Source: Candidatus Latescibacterota bacterium (lineage in GTDB: Bacteria; Latescibacterota; UBA2968; GCA-2709665). From it: 64,000 bases of DNA. The notes beneath the pieces were generated by a model. The model made no database searches and was not told the DNA's origin. It worked only from the letters and a program-made list of their open reading frames with translations. The DNA lies in the NCBI GenBank assembly GCA_965237675.1, contig OZ250150.1, forward strand, positions 2,528,001 to 2,592,000, given 5' to 3'. Below are positions 1 to 10,396 of this stretch, piece after piece (within the stretch, counting starts at the first letter, position 1; each line of letters opens with the position of its first letter). The translations under genes and the position numbers were made by a program.

Positions 1-1
1 A

Positions 2-373
2 ACAGTACTGTCGTACTGCAACGGCGCGCGTTGCGTCGCATCCTGGGTCGACCTTCCTGAGCTCTGGGACTTTAAGGAGACGCTGGAAGTGTACGGCGGA
101 AACCGGCGCGTGCTGGTTTCCTATCCGACGGGTTTCGCCAGGGGGATTCTGTCCACGGTTGTTGTGTATGAGACGAACGTCCGGGGCGGGACGTCCTCCC
201 GGCGGCCGGCGGTGGCGTGGGAAAGCCCCTTTGTGCGCGAACTGCGCCATTTCCATTCATGTATAATCGGACAGGACGCCTGCCGGACGCCCGTGACCGA
301 GGCGCGGGAGGATATCAGGTTGATTATAGATATTACACGGTCATATATGGAGCGCAGGCCGATATCCACATAG
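2..373 (+). CDS. 3' part of a probable Gfo/Idh/MocA-family oxidoreductase (truncated by window edge)
   Basis: Frame 2 is open from the window start (TVLSYCNGARCVASWVDLPELWDFKETLEVYG...PFVRELRHFHSCI...RTPVTEAREDI) to TAG at 373; resembles the C-terminal domain of this family. Confidence 0.55.
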   Translation, partial: TVLSYCNGARCVASWVDLPELWDFKETLEVYGGNRRVLVSYPTGFARGILSTVVVYETNVRGGTSSRRPAVAWESPFVRELRHFHSCIIGQDACRTPVTEAREDIRLIIDITRSYMERRPIST

Positions 374-504
374 TGGCGAGACACGCAGCAATGAGACAAG
401 GGCCCGGGAAGATCGAAGCGGGCCCTTTCGTTATGTCCACTCAGGGAAGCAGGCGAAGCCGATTCTTTTGATGATCCGAATGCCTGCACATAAAGTTGCT
501 GCAA

Positions 505-1473
505 TTACCAACCATCCGAAACCGGATAGAGGGTCAACCTGCCTTTCCTCCCCGCGCCTTCATCGGCAACGATCAGCGTGCCGTCCGCAGCGAAGGTAAT
601 TCCTTCAACCTGACGATGCCACCGCGCGGGAAACTTCCTGACTGCAACGACCTGTCCAGCCGGCGTAATTTCGGCGATCGCCCCCTGACGGCCAGCTACG
701 ACGAAATAATTCCCGGAAATCGGATGCCTCTCGATTCCCGAGGGATGGAATTTTCGTCCGCCGATGTGTCGAGAGAGTTCAACGACCGGTATTACGATGC
801 GTACATCTTCATTGAGCTGTTTTTTGTCAATTGACCAATGGTACACTGCCAACTGTCCCTCCATGTCCAGGCTGCGAGCGTCCTTGCACATCAGTAAGAG
901 TCCCCGCAGCCTCTGGATATATGTCAAGCCCTCTATTTCGCAATCTCTGCCGACACCCGTCGTATAGACATTGAAAAGAACGGACTCGCCGGAAGCTCCC
1001 TCACGAAACTCGAATAGCCGCCCCGAACTCGTGACCAGGAAGATCTTGTCGTCGGTTGCGGCAATGCCCTCAAAGTCGCCGGCAACCGGGAAATTCATAT
1101 CCGCCAATTGGAATGACTTTACGATTGACCCTTGCAGATAATCGATCTCGAAAATGATCGCTCTCTCATCGTTGTGCGCCAGGAGCCGGTCGTCTCCGGT
1201 CATTGCCAGGCCGGAGACCTCCTCGAGTTCCCTGGGGAGCTTCCAATGCGTTGCTGTCTCGGGGTCCAGGGTATAGCTTTCGAGAGATATCTTCCTTTTG
1301 GATGCCGTCATCGTGTCCGCGGAAGGGAGGACATCTGAAGTTTCCGGATTTGCGTTTAAGGGATCTCCAGTGAATTCCGCGGTTGCGGCCTCTCCGAATC
1401 CCGTCGACAGCAGAATGAGTAGAATGGCGAGACCAGGGTAGTCCAGCGCGGATTTGTCTTTGAACTTCTTCAT
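505..1473 (-). CDS. SdiA-regulated (YjiK-like) beta-propeller protein, secreted
   Basis: Signal peptide; repeated blade motifs LEEVSGLA, DFEGIA, EIEGLT, HPSGIE, QVEGITF..ADEG. ATG at 1473 preferred to TTG at 1479. Confidence 0.75.
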   Translation of the reverse strand: MKKFKDKSALDYPGLAILLILLSTGFGEAATAEFTGDPLNANPETSDVLPSADTMTASKRKISLESYTLDPETATHWKLPRELEEVSGLAMTGDDRLLAHNDERAIIFEIDYLQGSIVKSFQLADMNFPVAGDFEGIAATDDKIFLVTSSGRLFEFREGASGESVLFNVYTTGVGRDCEIEGLTYIQRLRGLLLMCKDARSLDMEGQLAVYHWSIDKKQLNEDVRIVIPVVELSRHIGGRKFHPSGIERHPISGNYFVVAGRQGAIAEITPAGQVVAVRKFPARWHRQVEGITFAADGTLIVADEGAGRKGRLTLYPVSDGW

Positions 1474-1554
1474 TTTCAATTATACCGTTATCAATTCTCT
1501 TCAGTTCGTGCCTGCCTGATTTTCCCTGTTGACTGGAGGCTTTTAGATTACCGG

Positions 1555-2493
1555 TTACAAACTCTGATCTGTCTCAACTCCCGTCAGTTCTACACCTTTA
1601 ATACGCTTTTTTCCTCTCTTCTCTATATCCCGGACAAGAGAGGTCAGATCGACGGATTGTTTCGAAGTAACATCATACACAACGACGACCGATCCATCAT
1701 CATTCTCGATCACTTCTGCTACGTTCCACTTTATGCTTCCGGAGTTGAGCGTCGGGCCTGTTGCTTTTTGTGCTGCATTGACGTTCGTTGCATGCACGGC
1801 AATCCGGGAATCATGGGAATTCCCGTTGGCATTATCCTCTAATTCGGAGGTCCGGACCGATTTCTTCGGCGAGACAATTTTCCAGCCGGAAACTACAGGA
1901 GGTTGTGCTCCATAATTGGTTTTCCACACGCCCAGTGTTATGGTTACGAAAGCCAACGATGCGAGGTAGGCCACTGTCGTAAGCTGGGTACCGGCCGCCA
2001 GCCCGATCCCGATGACCATAAACATGTACACGGCATCCATCGTCCCTCTGAGCGAGATCCGAAAGCTGACGGCGGCCACGATGCCCGCCAGGCTGAACGC
2101 AAGGGCAAGACTGCCTTTAACCAGAAAGACAACCAGCGCTATGGCGACAGGCATCACGAGCAGAGTGTGCAAAAAGGATTGGCTGTATTTCTTGGGCGAA
2201 TGCGTCCAGGCATATACCCAGGTAATTGGGAGGGTAACCCCGAAGGCCAGTACCAGTGCGACCACAACCGGAATCGTATGTGCCGGATCGAGAAGGCGGT
2301 TTATCCCTTCCTTGATGTTTCCCAGTGGAACCGCAGCGTCGACGCCCGAGCCGAGCGATTTTCCCACGAATATGCGTTCACGCTCCTTGGCGACGTAATG
2401 GAGAATTTCGGGAAAAACATGAAAGACCGTATTGAGAATCACAAGCCAGGTGATATAATAAATGAGCAGACGTACGATGATGTTGTTAGACAC
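1555..2493 (-). CDS. DUF4956-domain inner-membrane protein
   Basis: Several TM segments; motif VKGSLALAFSLAGIVAAVSFR...DAVYMFMVIGIGLAAG; soluble C-terminal domain. Confidence 0.75.
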   Translation of the reverse strand: MSNNIIVRLLIYYITWLVILNTVFHVFPEILHYVAKERERIFVGKSLGSGVDAAVPLGNIKEGINRLLDPAHTIPVVVALVLAFGVTLPITWVYAWTHSPKKYSQSFLHTLLVMPVAIALVVFLVKGSLALAFSLAGIVAAVSFRISLRGTMDAVYMFMVIGIGLAAGTQLTTVAYLASLAFVTITLGVWKTNYGAQPPVVSGWKIVSPKKSVRTSELEDNANGNSHDSRIAVHATNVNAAQKATGPTLNSGSIKWNVAEVIENDDGSVVVVYDVTSKQSVDLTSLVRDIEKRGKKRIKGVELTGVETDQSL

Positions 2494-2655
2494 AGCATCC
2501 TCCTTCTAGTCCTGTATCCCACACAGGCGTTTGCGTATTCGTTCGAGATTCCAGTGGATCGATCTTGCGGTTGCGGTCCGGACGAGTGGCCTGGTCTCCT
2601 CGTAGTCGTTGTCGGTATAGGATCGGATTCTGTCCACGAGTTCCAGGACGGATCA

Positions 2656-5376
2656 TTAGAACAGGAAACCTCCACGCAGATAAACCCCCGTCAAGTCATC
2701 CCCTTTTACCAATGCCGCGCTCAAGGTGTGCCTGCGCTTTAAGAACGACAGCCAGAATCCACCCCCGATGCTGGTGTGCCATTTGCCGGCATTTGCGGGA
2801 TCTCCGTCATAAAATACCCGGCCGGCATCGGCCGTACCGAACAGACCCAACTCTCCCGCCACCAGGAGCCTGACTCTGGCCAGAACCAGCCGCAATTCGG
2901 AATTTCCATACAGCGAAGTATCTCCAGCGAACCGGTTTTTCCGGAAACCGCGTAAGTTGCCTCTGGAAATGCCGGTGCCAAGAGCGCCGGGTCCGCCCAG
3001 AAAGGCGCTTTCGTAGAAGGGAAAAGACCCCCATACCTTCTTGCCGCCCACTCGAAGTGCAAGGGTCGGGTTCGTCGGCATGCGCGCAGTCAGGTAAGTA
3101 CTTGCTTCCAGGTCTATGTTTCCAAAGGTCGAGTCCACAGTCCGGATTCCCGGGTAGACGGCTCCGGCAACCCTGAGCCAGATACCCTGAGTGGAATACA
3201 GCGGGTTGTCACGCATATCGCAGCTGATTTCTGCCTGTGCGCCTACCTGTGTGACGGAACCCGTACCGTACAGAGGTTGATCGAGCGAACCGATAAATTT
3301 CCCCTTATTGGCGTCGAGCGGTACATTTGAATACTTTATGATCGGCCCAAAGTCAATGTTTAATTTCGAGCGAAGCGACTCGATACCAACTCTGGGCACA
3401 TCTTCTTCATGATCTCTTGCTCGGTACCCGAGGGCCGGTGCGAAAACGAAGAGTCCTTGCTCCAGCTTATAGAAGGAAGTCGGTTGCGACATCTCCGTAT
3501 TGTTCCCGAATCCGTTGAACCGCAACAACTGGATTCCGGAGTACTCGACGTGGACCCTCGCATCGAAGGAGCGCACCGGCTGGCGAAAGTGTCCGGTGTA
3601 GGAAACAAATGGCTTGACGCTCTCGGGACGATCAAGTGCTGCAAGCCCCACGGTAAAATTGTGTTGTGAAGAGAAGGGGTCTTTCCGATAACCGTAATAC
3701 TGCCTGATGTGCTGTACTCCCGCGTACACGTGGAGGTCCGGATTAATCAATAAGATCGGTAGATTTGCAGTCCGCCTGCCCCAATCCAATGCGTACCTGG
3801 CATTCGGCGTATGCGATCCGGCAGGCCGCTGGTAAGAACGCTCGTCGATCCCCGCTCCGCCGCCCGTGACGAACCGGTTCATTCCACGTGAATCATAGAA
3901 ACGGGTCTTTGAGGCGCCTGCGTGGGACGAGTTCGCGAGCGTGTCGTCTCCACCTCCGCCATCGATGCGAACGACAATCCGCCCGCTGTTTCCTGATATT
4001 TCCGCACGGTCATCTCCCCCCCGGAGGTGAATGCGGACTTCCCGGGTTTCTTTGGGATTGAACGTCCTTTGGAACCAGGGCGCCTTCCTTTCACCACGAG
4101 CGCCTTCCATCAGACCGATACGGACTCCGAGATCACCGTTCGGCAGGTGCTCGCACTGGACGTACTCGTCCTGGTCCGTTGCCAGGATTTCGGCCTCCCG
4201 GTATATAAGATTATAGTACCTGGTGGCAAATTCAGGCAAAGCGTTCCGCCTCGATTTGAGGGCTTCGGCCAGAGTCTTCCCAACCATCTTGAAATACGGT
4301 GGTGGCAATTTTCTTACGGCGTCCTCGATAACCTTTTTGGGCAGACTCGCGCAAAAGGCCGTTACTACCGAATCCCACGCAGCCTTGTCGAGCTCGGCCA
4401 GGAATTCGCGGTCTATTTCCCAACCAGTCGTCGTGAGGCCGATTAGACTGGGATACGTCCTCTGGAACTGTATTTGTATGGGGAATTGTCGCCGCGCTAT
4501 CGTCATGGCAAGTCCTTCGAAAAGGATAAATGCCTGGTCGCGATCCTCGGGTATCGGGCGCCAGGTATGACAATCGCCGTCAGGAAACCGCGCCCATCTC
4601 CACTGCCCGTAATGGCGGTCCTTGTCGTTGATGAGAAAATCCATCAGTCTCGCATTCAGAAAGGCACGGGCATCCACGCGGTTGCATGGGCTTTTTTCCA
4701 GGTGTTTCCTCAGCTTCTCCGTTCCACTGACCTTCCGGGAACCGGCAAAGCCGGGCGTATCGTCCGGCCCTTCGGAAGGATGTTCCTGCAGCATGCCAAT
4801 CAGTCCGGCAAACGCTCCCCTGTACTCCTTAAGCCTGGGATCGTCCGGAATAACGACGAGCGTATGCCTGGAATGGAGGATACCTGCGGCCTTCATCAGC
4901 GGATCGACCACGAGCGCCCCCGTTGGCAGCATCGCGCAGATCAGATCCTGAAGGACGTCGCCCACGAACGTATCCGCGATTCCGTCGGGGACCCTCCTGG
5001 TGGCATCCTTATCCAGCGAACGCACTGTATACCTACGGCCGTCTTTCCCTGTAAAGTGAAGAGAGATAGATTGTCCGAAGCCGCCGGTGCGAAGAGGCGT
5101 CAAGCCACCACCTACGCTGTCGAGATCCAGGACTGCAACCTCGATTGGCGTTGTCCAGAGGTCCCGGTAATTGCTGCCGTAGAGCCAGCGGTTGAATCCG
5201 CCGGCTCTGAACCTTTCCCCGGGAATCACCATATGAGTCCGGGCGCCCTTCGGAGGAATGGATCGCTGAATCATGGACCCGGGAGCCGGTGAACTCCTTT
5301 GAGGTGTGGATTCCGTGGGAACAGAAAAAGCGAGCACTATCAGGAGCAGAACCGGGTTCCATCTGGAAAACATCAT
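2656..5376 (-). CDS. Omp85/BamA-TamA-family outer-membrane protein with N-terminal atypical protein-kinase-like domain
   Basis: Signal peptide; kinase-like GGFGQS, DFLINDKDRHYGQW, PEDRDQAF; barrel with LRGF..NRFAGD (VRGY/F-like lid) and terminal aromatic GFLF. Confidence 0.75.
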   Translation of the reverse strand: MMFSRWNPVLLLIVLAFSVPTESTPQRSSPAPGSMIQRSIPPKGARTHMVIPGERFRAGGFNRWLYGSNYRDLWTTPIEVAVLDLDSVGGGLTPLRTGGFGQSISLHFTGKDGRRYTVRSLDKDATRRVPDGIADTFVGDVLQDLICAMLPTGALVVDPLMKAAGILHSRHTLVVIPDDPRLKEYRGAFAGLIGMLQEHPSEGPDDTPGFAGSRKVSGTEKLRKHLEKSPCNRVDARAFLNARLMDFLINDKDRHYGQWRWARFPDGDCHTWRPIPEDRDQAFILFEGLAMTIARRQFPIQIQFQRTYPSLIGLTTTGWEIDREFLAELDKAAWDSVVTAFCASLPKKVIEDAVRKLPPPYFKMVGKTLAEALKSRRNALPEFATRYYNLIYREAEILATDQDEYVQCEHLPNGDLGVRIGLMEGARGERKAPWFQRTFNPKETREVRIHLRGGDDRAEISGNSGRIVVRIDGGGGDDTLANSSHAGASKTRFYDSRGMNRFVTGGGAGIDERSYQRPAGSHTPNARYALDWGRRTANLPILLINPDLHVYAGVQHIRQYYGYRKDPFSSQHNFTVGLAALDRPESVKPFVSYTGHFRQPVRSFDARVHVEYSGIQLLRFNGFGNNTEMSQPTSFYKLEQGLFVFAPALGYRARDHEEDVPRVGIESLRSKLNIDFGPIIKYSNVPLDANKGKFIGSLDQPLYGTGSVTQVGAQAEISCDMRDNPLYSTQGIWLRVAGAVYPGIRTVDSTFGNIDLEASTYLTARMPTNPTLALRVGGKKVWGSFPFYESAFLGGPGALGTGISRGNLRGFRKNRFAGDTSLYGNSELRLVLARVRLLVAGELGLFGTADAGRVFYDGDPANAGKWHTSIGGGFWLSFLKRRHTLSAALVKGDDLTGVYLRGGFLF

Positions 5377-5485
5377 TCTTGACCTTTTCGCTTCGGGTTC
5401 GGGAAATCTGGAAAACCTGAAGTCGGACAGGCGAATTCACTTCTGCAACACTTCAACACGCGACTATCAGAAATTACCGTGCATA

Positions 5486-7735
5486 TCAAAACCCAAATCC
5501 GATTGCTGCATTAATCTTGATATCCTTTTTTTCATTGCTTACAATATCAACGCGAATGGGACCCAAAAGCGACGTGTAGACATAGCCCCCAATTCCAAGA
5601 CCGTGGATAGGGGTATAATCCTGCGTCGGGTTTGAACTCATATCATATAGTCCGCCCTGATAGAAAATTCCGATACCACTGCGTGGCACCGACTCCCAGA
5701 ATTTAACCTGTCTCCATATGGATATGCCGACCGATGCGAACCTGGCAACCCGCAGTTCATCCCGTTTGAGACCCACCACCGGCAATGCCGCGCTACTGAA
5801 GTGTCCCGCACCGCCCAGCGGGAAGAATTCGAATACCGGCGCAGGCTGTGTCACATAGCCTCCATGGGACCAGAGGCCCACACTCCATCGCGATCGGGGA
5901 CTGGCGAAGAACGCGAGTTGGGTTTGAACTTGCTTATGTGAAAACGTCCGATGAATCCATTTTGCCCGTGTGTGAAAATAGATGCCTCGCGTTGGCACCA
6001 TCGAGTCGTCTCGCGTGTCAATACCTGCGGATAACCAAAAGCCGGGTAGGTATTCGGACGCATCGCCAATTGAACTGGCAGCATAGCGGATACGTGCGTG
6101 CTCCACCTGGTACCCAACCTGGAAACCGCCCCAACTGTTGAACAGTGCCTGCAATCCAAGTCGCGAGCGAAAACGCCTTTCTTCGTACCCGCCCTGGCGT
6201 TGCCGATTTCGAAAATACAAACGCTCCTGATCCCAAACCTGAACCTCCCCCAGCAGACCAAATCGCCGGGAGGACCGGAAAATCATGACCAGTTCAGCGA
6301 AATTCAGATTGCCCACCATGCCGCGCAAATAAAGCTCCGATATGCGGCCAAGGGTATTCTGATGCGCGATCTCGCCCAGTACCGAAACCCGGTAATCGTT
6401 GTTGTAATGAATCCCCACTTTCAACTCGCTGGGGGGGTTTTCGAGCACGCGAAAAACCAATTCGGTCTGGCCTTCATGAAAGACAACATGGAAATCCACC
6501 GTTTGAAACAAGCCGGTCGCATGCAACCGGCCGCACTCGCGTTCCAGTTCCTGAAACGATATAGGCTTATTGACGAACTTTTCCAGGCGCAACCTGAACA
6601 AGGCCTTTGAATAACGCTTTACACCCTCTATCCGAGCCCGGTCGATTACGACATCCGGCGGTATATCCGCCCATGTACTGACATCAAACTCGACTGGCAA
6701 CCGGGATGTTCTCGGTTTTCCGACGCGTTTTGGTACTCCAAGCTTCTGCAATGCGGTCCAGATCGCGTCCAATTCCTTTTCGGTTGCGCTTTCACCAATC
6801 GGAATCAGCGTATACGACCGATTGAAATCGCCTCCATCGAATTTATCCAGGTCGGGCAAAATCAACACATGGGAGCGTTTTCGGTTTGCGATTTTTCTTT
6901 CTTCTATTCGAAAACTGACGGCCTGATCGATGACGTCGATAATATCCTGAATTTCGTCTTTCAGAGTACGCAGGGGCGTGGCGCAATCCACGGCAATGAC
7001 AAAATCGGCGCCGGCGTCCAGTGCGACGTCCACCGGCAGATTATTGACGATGCCGCCGTCTACGAGATGGGTATCTTCCGTACTCAGCGGTGCAAATACC
7101 CCTGGAACTGAAATACTCGCTCTGATCGCCGCACCGAGAGAGCCATTATCGAGCACGACCTGTTCTCCGGATAGTATATCTGTTGCAATTGCGCGAAAGG
7201 GCGTTGGAAGCCGATCAAAATCGTTTCGCGCCCGAAAAGTTGCGCCGAGGGTCAATCGATTCAAAAATTGATGAATCTTTTGCCCGGCAAAAATTCCATA
7301 GGGCAATTTCAGTTTCAGTTCTTCAAGGTGCAATGCAAGCATCTGACGGTCGGCCATCGGTTTGCGATTCATGTTCGACAGACGGCGGTCGGGGCTGTTG
7401 CTGGTAATCTCCCACCAGTCTGTCTCCAGAATAACGCGTTCGAGATCGTCAACGGAATATCCCGCGGCGTACAGTCCCCCCACCAGTGCGCCGTAACTCA
7501 CCCCCACAATCATGTCTATAGGTACGCCTTCGCGCTCGAGTACGCGCAACACGCCGATATGCGCCCCTCCGCGTGCGCCGCCCCCGCTCAGCACGACCGC
7601 GACACGGGGCCTCTGATTCGCAGACGAAGGTAGCGTGCTGAACGCGGCAAAACCGAAACACAATAATAACACGCTCCGGACGAATGGGCGCTGAACCCTC
7701 ACGCGTTTTTTCAGGTGGCATTTTTCGCCCGTCAT
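5486..7735 (-). CDS. Patatin-like phospholipase-POTRA-Omp85 protein (PlpD-like, type Vd), paralogue 2
   Basis: LSGGGARGGAHIG oxyanion motif, GVSYG nucleophile, DGG; POTRA; barrel ending IGFGF. Start placed at ATG 7735 by homology with the paralogue. Confidence 0.85.
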   Translation of the reverse strand: MTGEKCHLKKRVRVQRPFVRSVLLLCFGFAAFSTLPSSANQRPRVAVVLSGGGARGGAHIGVLRVLEREGVPIDMIVGVSYGALVGGLYAAGYSVDDLERVILETDWWEITSNSPDRRLSNMNRKPMADRQMLALHLEELKLKLPYGIFAGQKIHQFLNRLTLGATFRARNDFDRLPTPFRAIATDILSGEQVVLDNGSLGAAIRASISVPGVFAPLSTEDTHLVDGGIVNNLPVDVALDAGADFVIAVDCATPLRTLKDEIQDIIDVIDQAVSFRIEERKIANRKRSHVLILPDLDKFDGGDFNRSYTLIPIGESATEKELDAIWTALQKLGVPKRVGKPRTSRLPVEFDVSTWADIPPDVVIDRARIEGVKRYSKALFRLRLEKFVNKPISFQELERECGRLHATGLFQTVDFHVVFHEGQTELVFRVLENPPSELKVGIHYNNDYRVSVLGEIAHQNTLGRISELYLRGMVGNLNFAELVMIFRSSRRFGLLGEVQVWDQERLYFRNRQRQGGYEERRFRSRLGLQALFNSWGGFQVGYQVEHARIRYAASSIGDASEYLPGFWLSAGIDTRDDSMVPTRGIYFHTRAKWIHRTFSHKQVQTQLAFFASPRSRWSVGLWSHGGYVTQPAPVFEFFPLGGAGHFSSAALPVVGLKRDELRVARFASVGISIWRQVKFWESVPRSGIGIFYQGGLYDMSSNPTQDYTPIHGLGIGGYVYTSLLGPIRVDIVSNEKKDIKINAAIGFGF

Positions 7736-7875
7736 CTGGTTCCCTGAATGAGATGGATTCGACCGCCTTTGAGGTCGCACTTCGGAAAAACAACCTGAAT
7801 GATTCAGCGCGCCGGGGTCTGAGGACCGTTCGTTTCAAGGTAATGTGGAATGATGAGCCCGGAATCTCCAATACG

Positions 7876-10122
7876 TCAAAACGCAAATCCGATTGACGTA
7901 TAAACCTCGATATCCTTTCTTTGCGTGCTCACAATATCAATGCGAATGGGGCCAAAAATCTTCGTGTTGATATAACCCCCGATACCAAAACCATGAATGT
8001 TGGTATATGGCTGATCCGTATAGGCAGGAAAATAGTACCGCCCGCCCTGATAGAAAACGCCAATAGCGCTGCGCTGTATGGATTCCCAGAATCTCAGGTG
8101 GCTCCAAATAGAAATGCGCGCCGATACGAACCTGAAAGCTGAAAGTTCGTCTCGCCGGAGACCGACAACGCGCAATGCTGCGCTGCTCAAGTGTCCTGCA
8201 CCACCCAGCAGGAAGTTTTCATCAATCGGTGCGGGCTGTGTCACGTAGCCTCCGTGAGACCAGAAGCCCACACTCAGCTGCGGATGGGGGCTGGCGAAGT
8301 ACGCGAGCCGTGTCTGCACCTGCTTGTGTGAAAATGTCCGATGGACCCATTTTGCCTGCGTTTTAAAATAGAAGCCTTGTCTTGGCACAAACACATCGTC
8401 GCGCGTGTCGATACCTGCAGATAGCCAAAGGGCGGGTAGATAGTCGGACTCATATTCCTGGCGCTCATCGCGAATGAGCATATGCTCAAGTTGATACCCC
8501 AGGTTGATACCTCCCCAGCTATGGGACAGAATCTGCATGCCCAATCGCCCGCGAAGACGCCTCTCGTAATACGTTTGCTGGGGTTCTCCTTCATAATATG
8601 CCACCCGTTCTTGTTTCCAGCCGTGAATCTCCCCGAGAAGACTCAGCCCCTTGAATGAGCGAAAAACCAAATCCAATTCACCAAACTTCATGGTAGAGCC
8701 CAATAAACCGCGCAAATAAAACTCTACTACACGGCCATAGACATTTTGGTGTGCAAGCTCGGCCAGTGCCGAAACCCCAAAATCGTTGTCGTAACGAAGT
8801 CCCATTTTCAATTCACTTGGGGGGTTTTCAAGCACCTGAAAAACCACTTCGGTATAGTCTTCATGATAGATAACCTGGTAATCGACCGTTTGAAATAATC
8901 CCGTCGCATATAACCGGCCGGATTCACCTTCCAGTTCTCGAAACGACGTTGGCTTATTAATGAACTTTTCCAACCTTGCAATGGAAATGCCCCTTGTGTA
9001 GCGCTCCAAACCCTCAATCCGCACCTGGTCGATGACAATATCCGATGGTATATCGGCCCAGGTTCTAAAGTCGAAATCATCCGGCAATATCGACGTTCTT
9101 GACTTTCCAGCGCGTTTTGAAATGCCGAGCTCTTGCAGCGCTTTCCGGATCGCATCCAGATGTTTTTCGGCTTCTTCCTCGCCAATCGGGATCACAGTAT
9201 GGGACCGATCGAAATTGCCGCTGTCAAATCCTTTTAAATCGGGCACCATCAACACATGGGCAAGTTTTCGATTTACCATTTTCTTTTCTTCGATTCGAAA
9301 ACTGACAGCCTGATCGATGACGTCGATAAAATTCTCGAATTCGTGCATTTGAGTGCGCAAAGGGGTGGCACAATCCACGGCAATAACCAGATCAGCGCCG
9401 GCGTCCAATGCGACGTCTACAGGCAGATTGTTGACAATGCCGCCATCCACAAGAAGGGTTTGTCCTGTACTCACAGGCACAAATACCCCGGGGATAGAAA
9501 TACTCGCTCTGATTGCCGCGCCGAGCGAGCCGTCTTTTAGAACGACCTGTTCGCCAGCTACAATATCTGTTGCAATTGCGCGAAAAGGCGTTGGAAGGCG
9601 ATCGAAATCGTTTCGCGCCCGGTAGGTTGCGCCTATTGTCAATTGATAGAGAAAATGCTGGATTTTTTTGCCGGCAAAAATCCCATAGGGCAATTTCAGA
9701 TCCAATTTATCGACGCGCAATGCAAGCATCTGGCGATCAACTATCGGTTTGCGATGCAAATTCAACAGACGGCGGTCAGGGCTGTTGCTGGTCATTTCCC
9801 ACCAATCTGTTTCTACAACAATGCGTTCGAGATCATCAACAGAATATCCGGCAGCATACAATCCTCCCACCAAAGCGCCATAACTCGCGCCCACGATCAA
9901 ATCGATGGGTATGCCTTCGCGCTCGAGTACGCGCAACACGCCGATATGCGCCCCTCCGCGTGCGCCGCCCCCACTCAGCACGACCGCGACACGGGGCCTC
10001 TGATTCGCAGACGAAGGTAGCGTGCTGAACAGGGCAAAACCGAAACACAATAATAACACGCTCCGGACGAATGGACGCTGAACGGTTCCGCATTCTGTCG
10101 CGTGTATTTTCTCGCCCATCAT
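7876..10122 (-). CDS. Patatin-like phospholipase-POTRA-Omp85 protein (PlpD-like, type Vd), paralogue 1
   Basis: LSGGGARGGAHIG, GASYG, DGG; POTRA; barrel ending IGFAF. Confidence 0.85.
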   Translation of the reverse strand: MMGEKIHATECGTVQRPFVRSVLLLCFGFALFSTLPSSANQRPRVAVVLSGGGARGGAHIGVLRVLEREGIPIDLIVGASYGALVGGLYAAGYSVDDLERIVVETDWWEMTSNSPDRRLLNLHRKPIVDRQMLALRVDKLDLKLPYGIFAGKKIQHFLYQLTIGATYRARNDFDRLPTPFRAIATDIVAGEQVVLKDGSLGAAIRASISIPGVFVPVSTGQTLLVDGGIVNNLPVDVALDAGADLVIAVDCATPLRTQMHEFENFIDVIDQAVSFRIEEKKMVNRKLAHVLMVPDLKGFDSGNFDRSHTVIPIGEEEAEKHLDAIRKALQELGISKRAGKSRTSILPDDFDFRTWADIPSDIVIDQVRIEGLERYTRGISIARLEKFINKPTSFRELEGESGRLYATGLFQTVDYQVIYHEDYTEVVFQVLENPPSELKMGLRYDNDFGVSALAELAHQNVYGRVVEFYLRGLLGSTMKFGELDLVFRSFKGLSLLGEIHGWKQERVAYYEGEPQQTYYERRLRGRLGMQILSHSWGGINLGYQLEHMLIRDERQEYESDYLPALWLSAGIDTRDDVFVPRQGFYFKTQAKWVHRTFSHKQVQTRLAYFASPHPQLSVGFWSHGGYVTQPAPIDENFLLGGAGHLSSAALRVVGLRRDELSAFRFVSARISIWSHLRFWESIQRSAIGVFYQGGRYYFPAYTDQPYTNIHGFGIGGYINTKIFGPIRIDIVSTQRKDIEVYTSIGFAF

Positions 10123-10260
10123 CTGGTTTCCTGCATGAGATGGATTCGACCGCTTTTTGGGTCACACATCGCAATACCGATCTGTATGATCCAGCGCGCC
10201 GTGATGAGGCGCGGAACTACAGAGGGTGGGCGTCCCACCGGACAACTGCCGAAGACGCTG

Positions 10261-10310
10261 GGGATGCGCCTGTCTTCGTTGAAATTGAAGAGGCTCCGAT
10301 GTAAATTGGA
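10261..10310 (+). mobile_element. Solo left end of the IS256-family element found at 33059-34483
   Basis: GGGATGCGCCTGTCTTCGTTGAAATTGAAGAGGCTCCGATGTAAATTGGA aligns with the IS left end GGGATTGTGCCTATCTTAGTTGAAATAGAAGAGGCTCCGATGTAAATTGGA; no transposase follows. Confidence 0.8.
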
Positions 10311-10360
10311 AACGTCACCCGACTGGTGTCCCGTCCCGGAAATAGGTCACCATTCATCCG

Positions 10361-10396
10361 CCTGTCTGCGTGCGTGAGACAGCACGCACAGGCAGG
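10361..10396. repeat. Palindromic repeat CCTGTCTGCGTGCG...CGCACAGGCAGG (copy 1)
   Basis: Hairpin; the same arms recur at 56147-56176. Confidence 0.7.
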
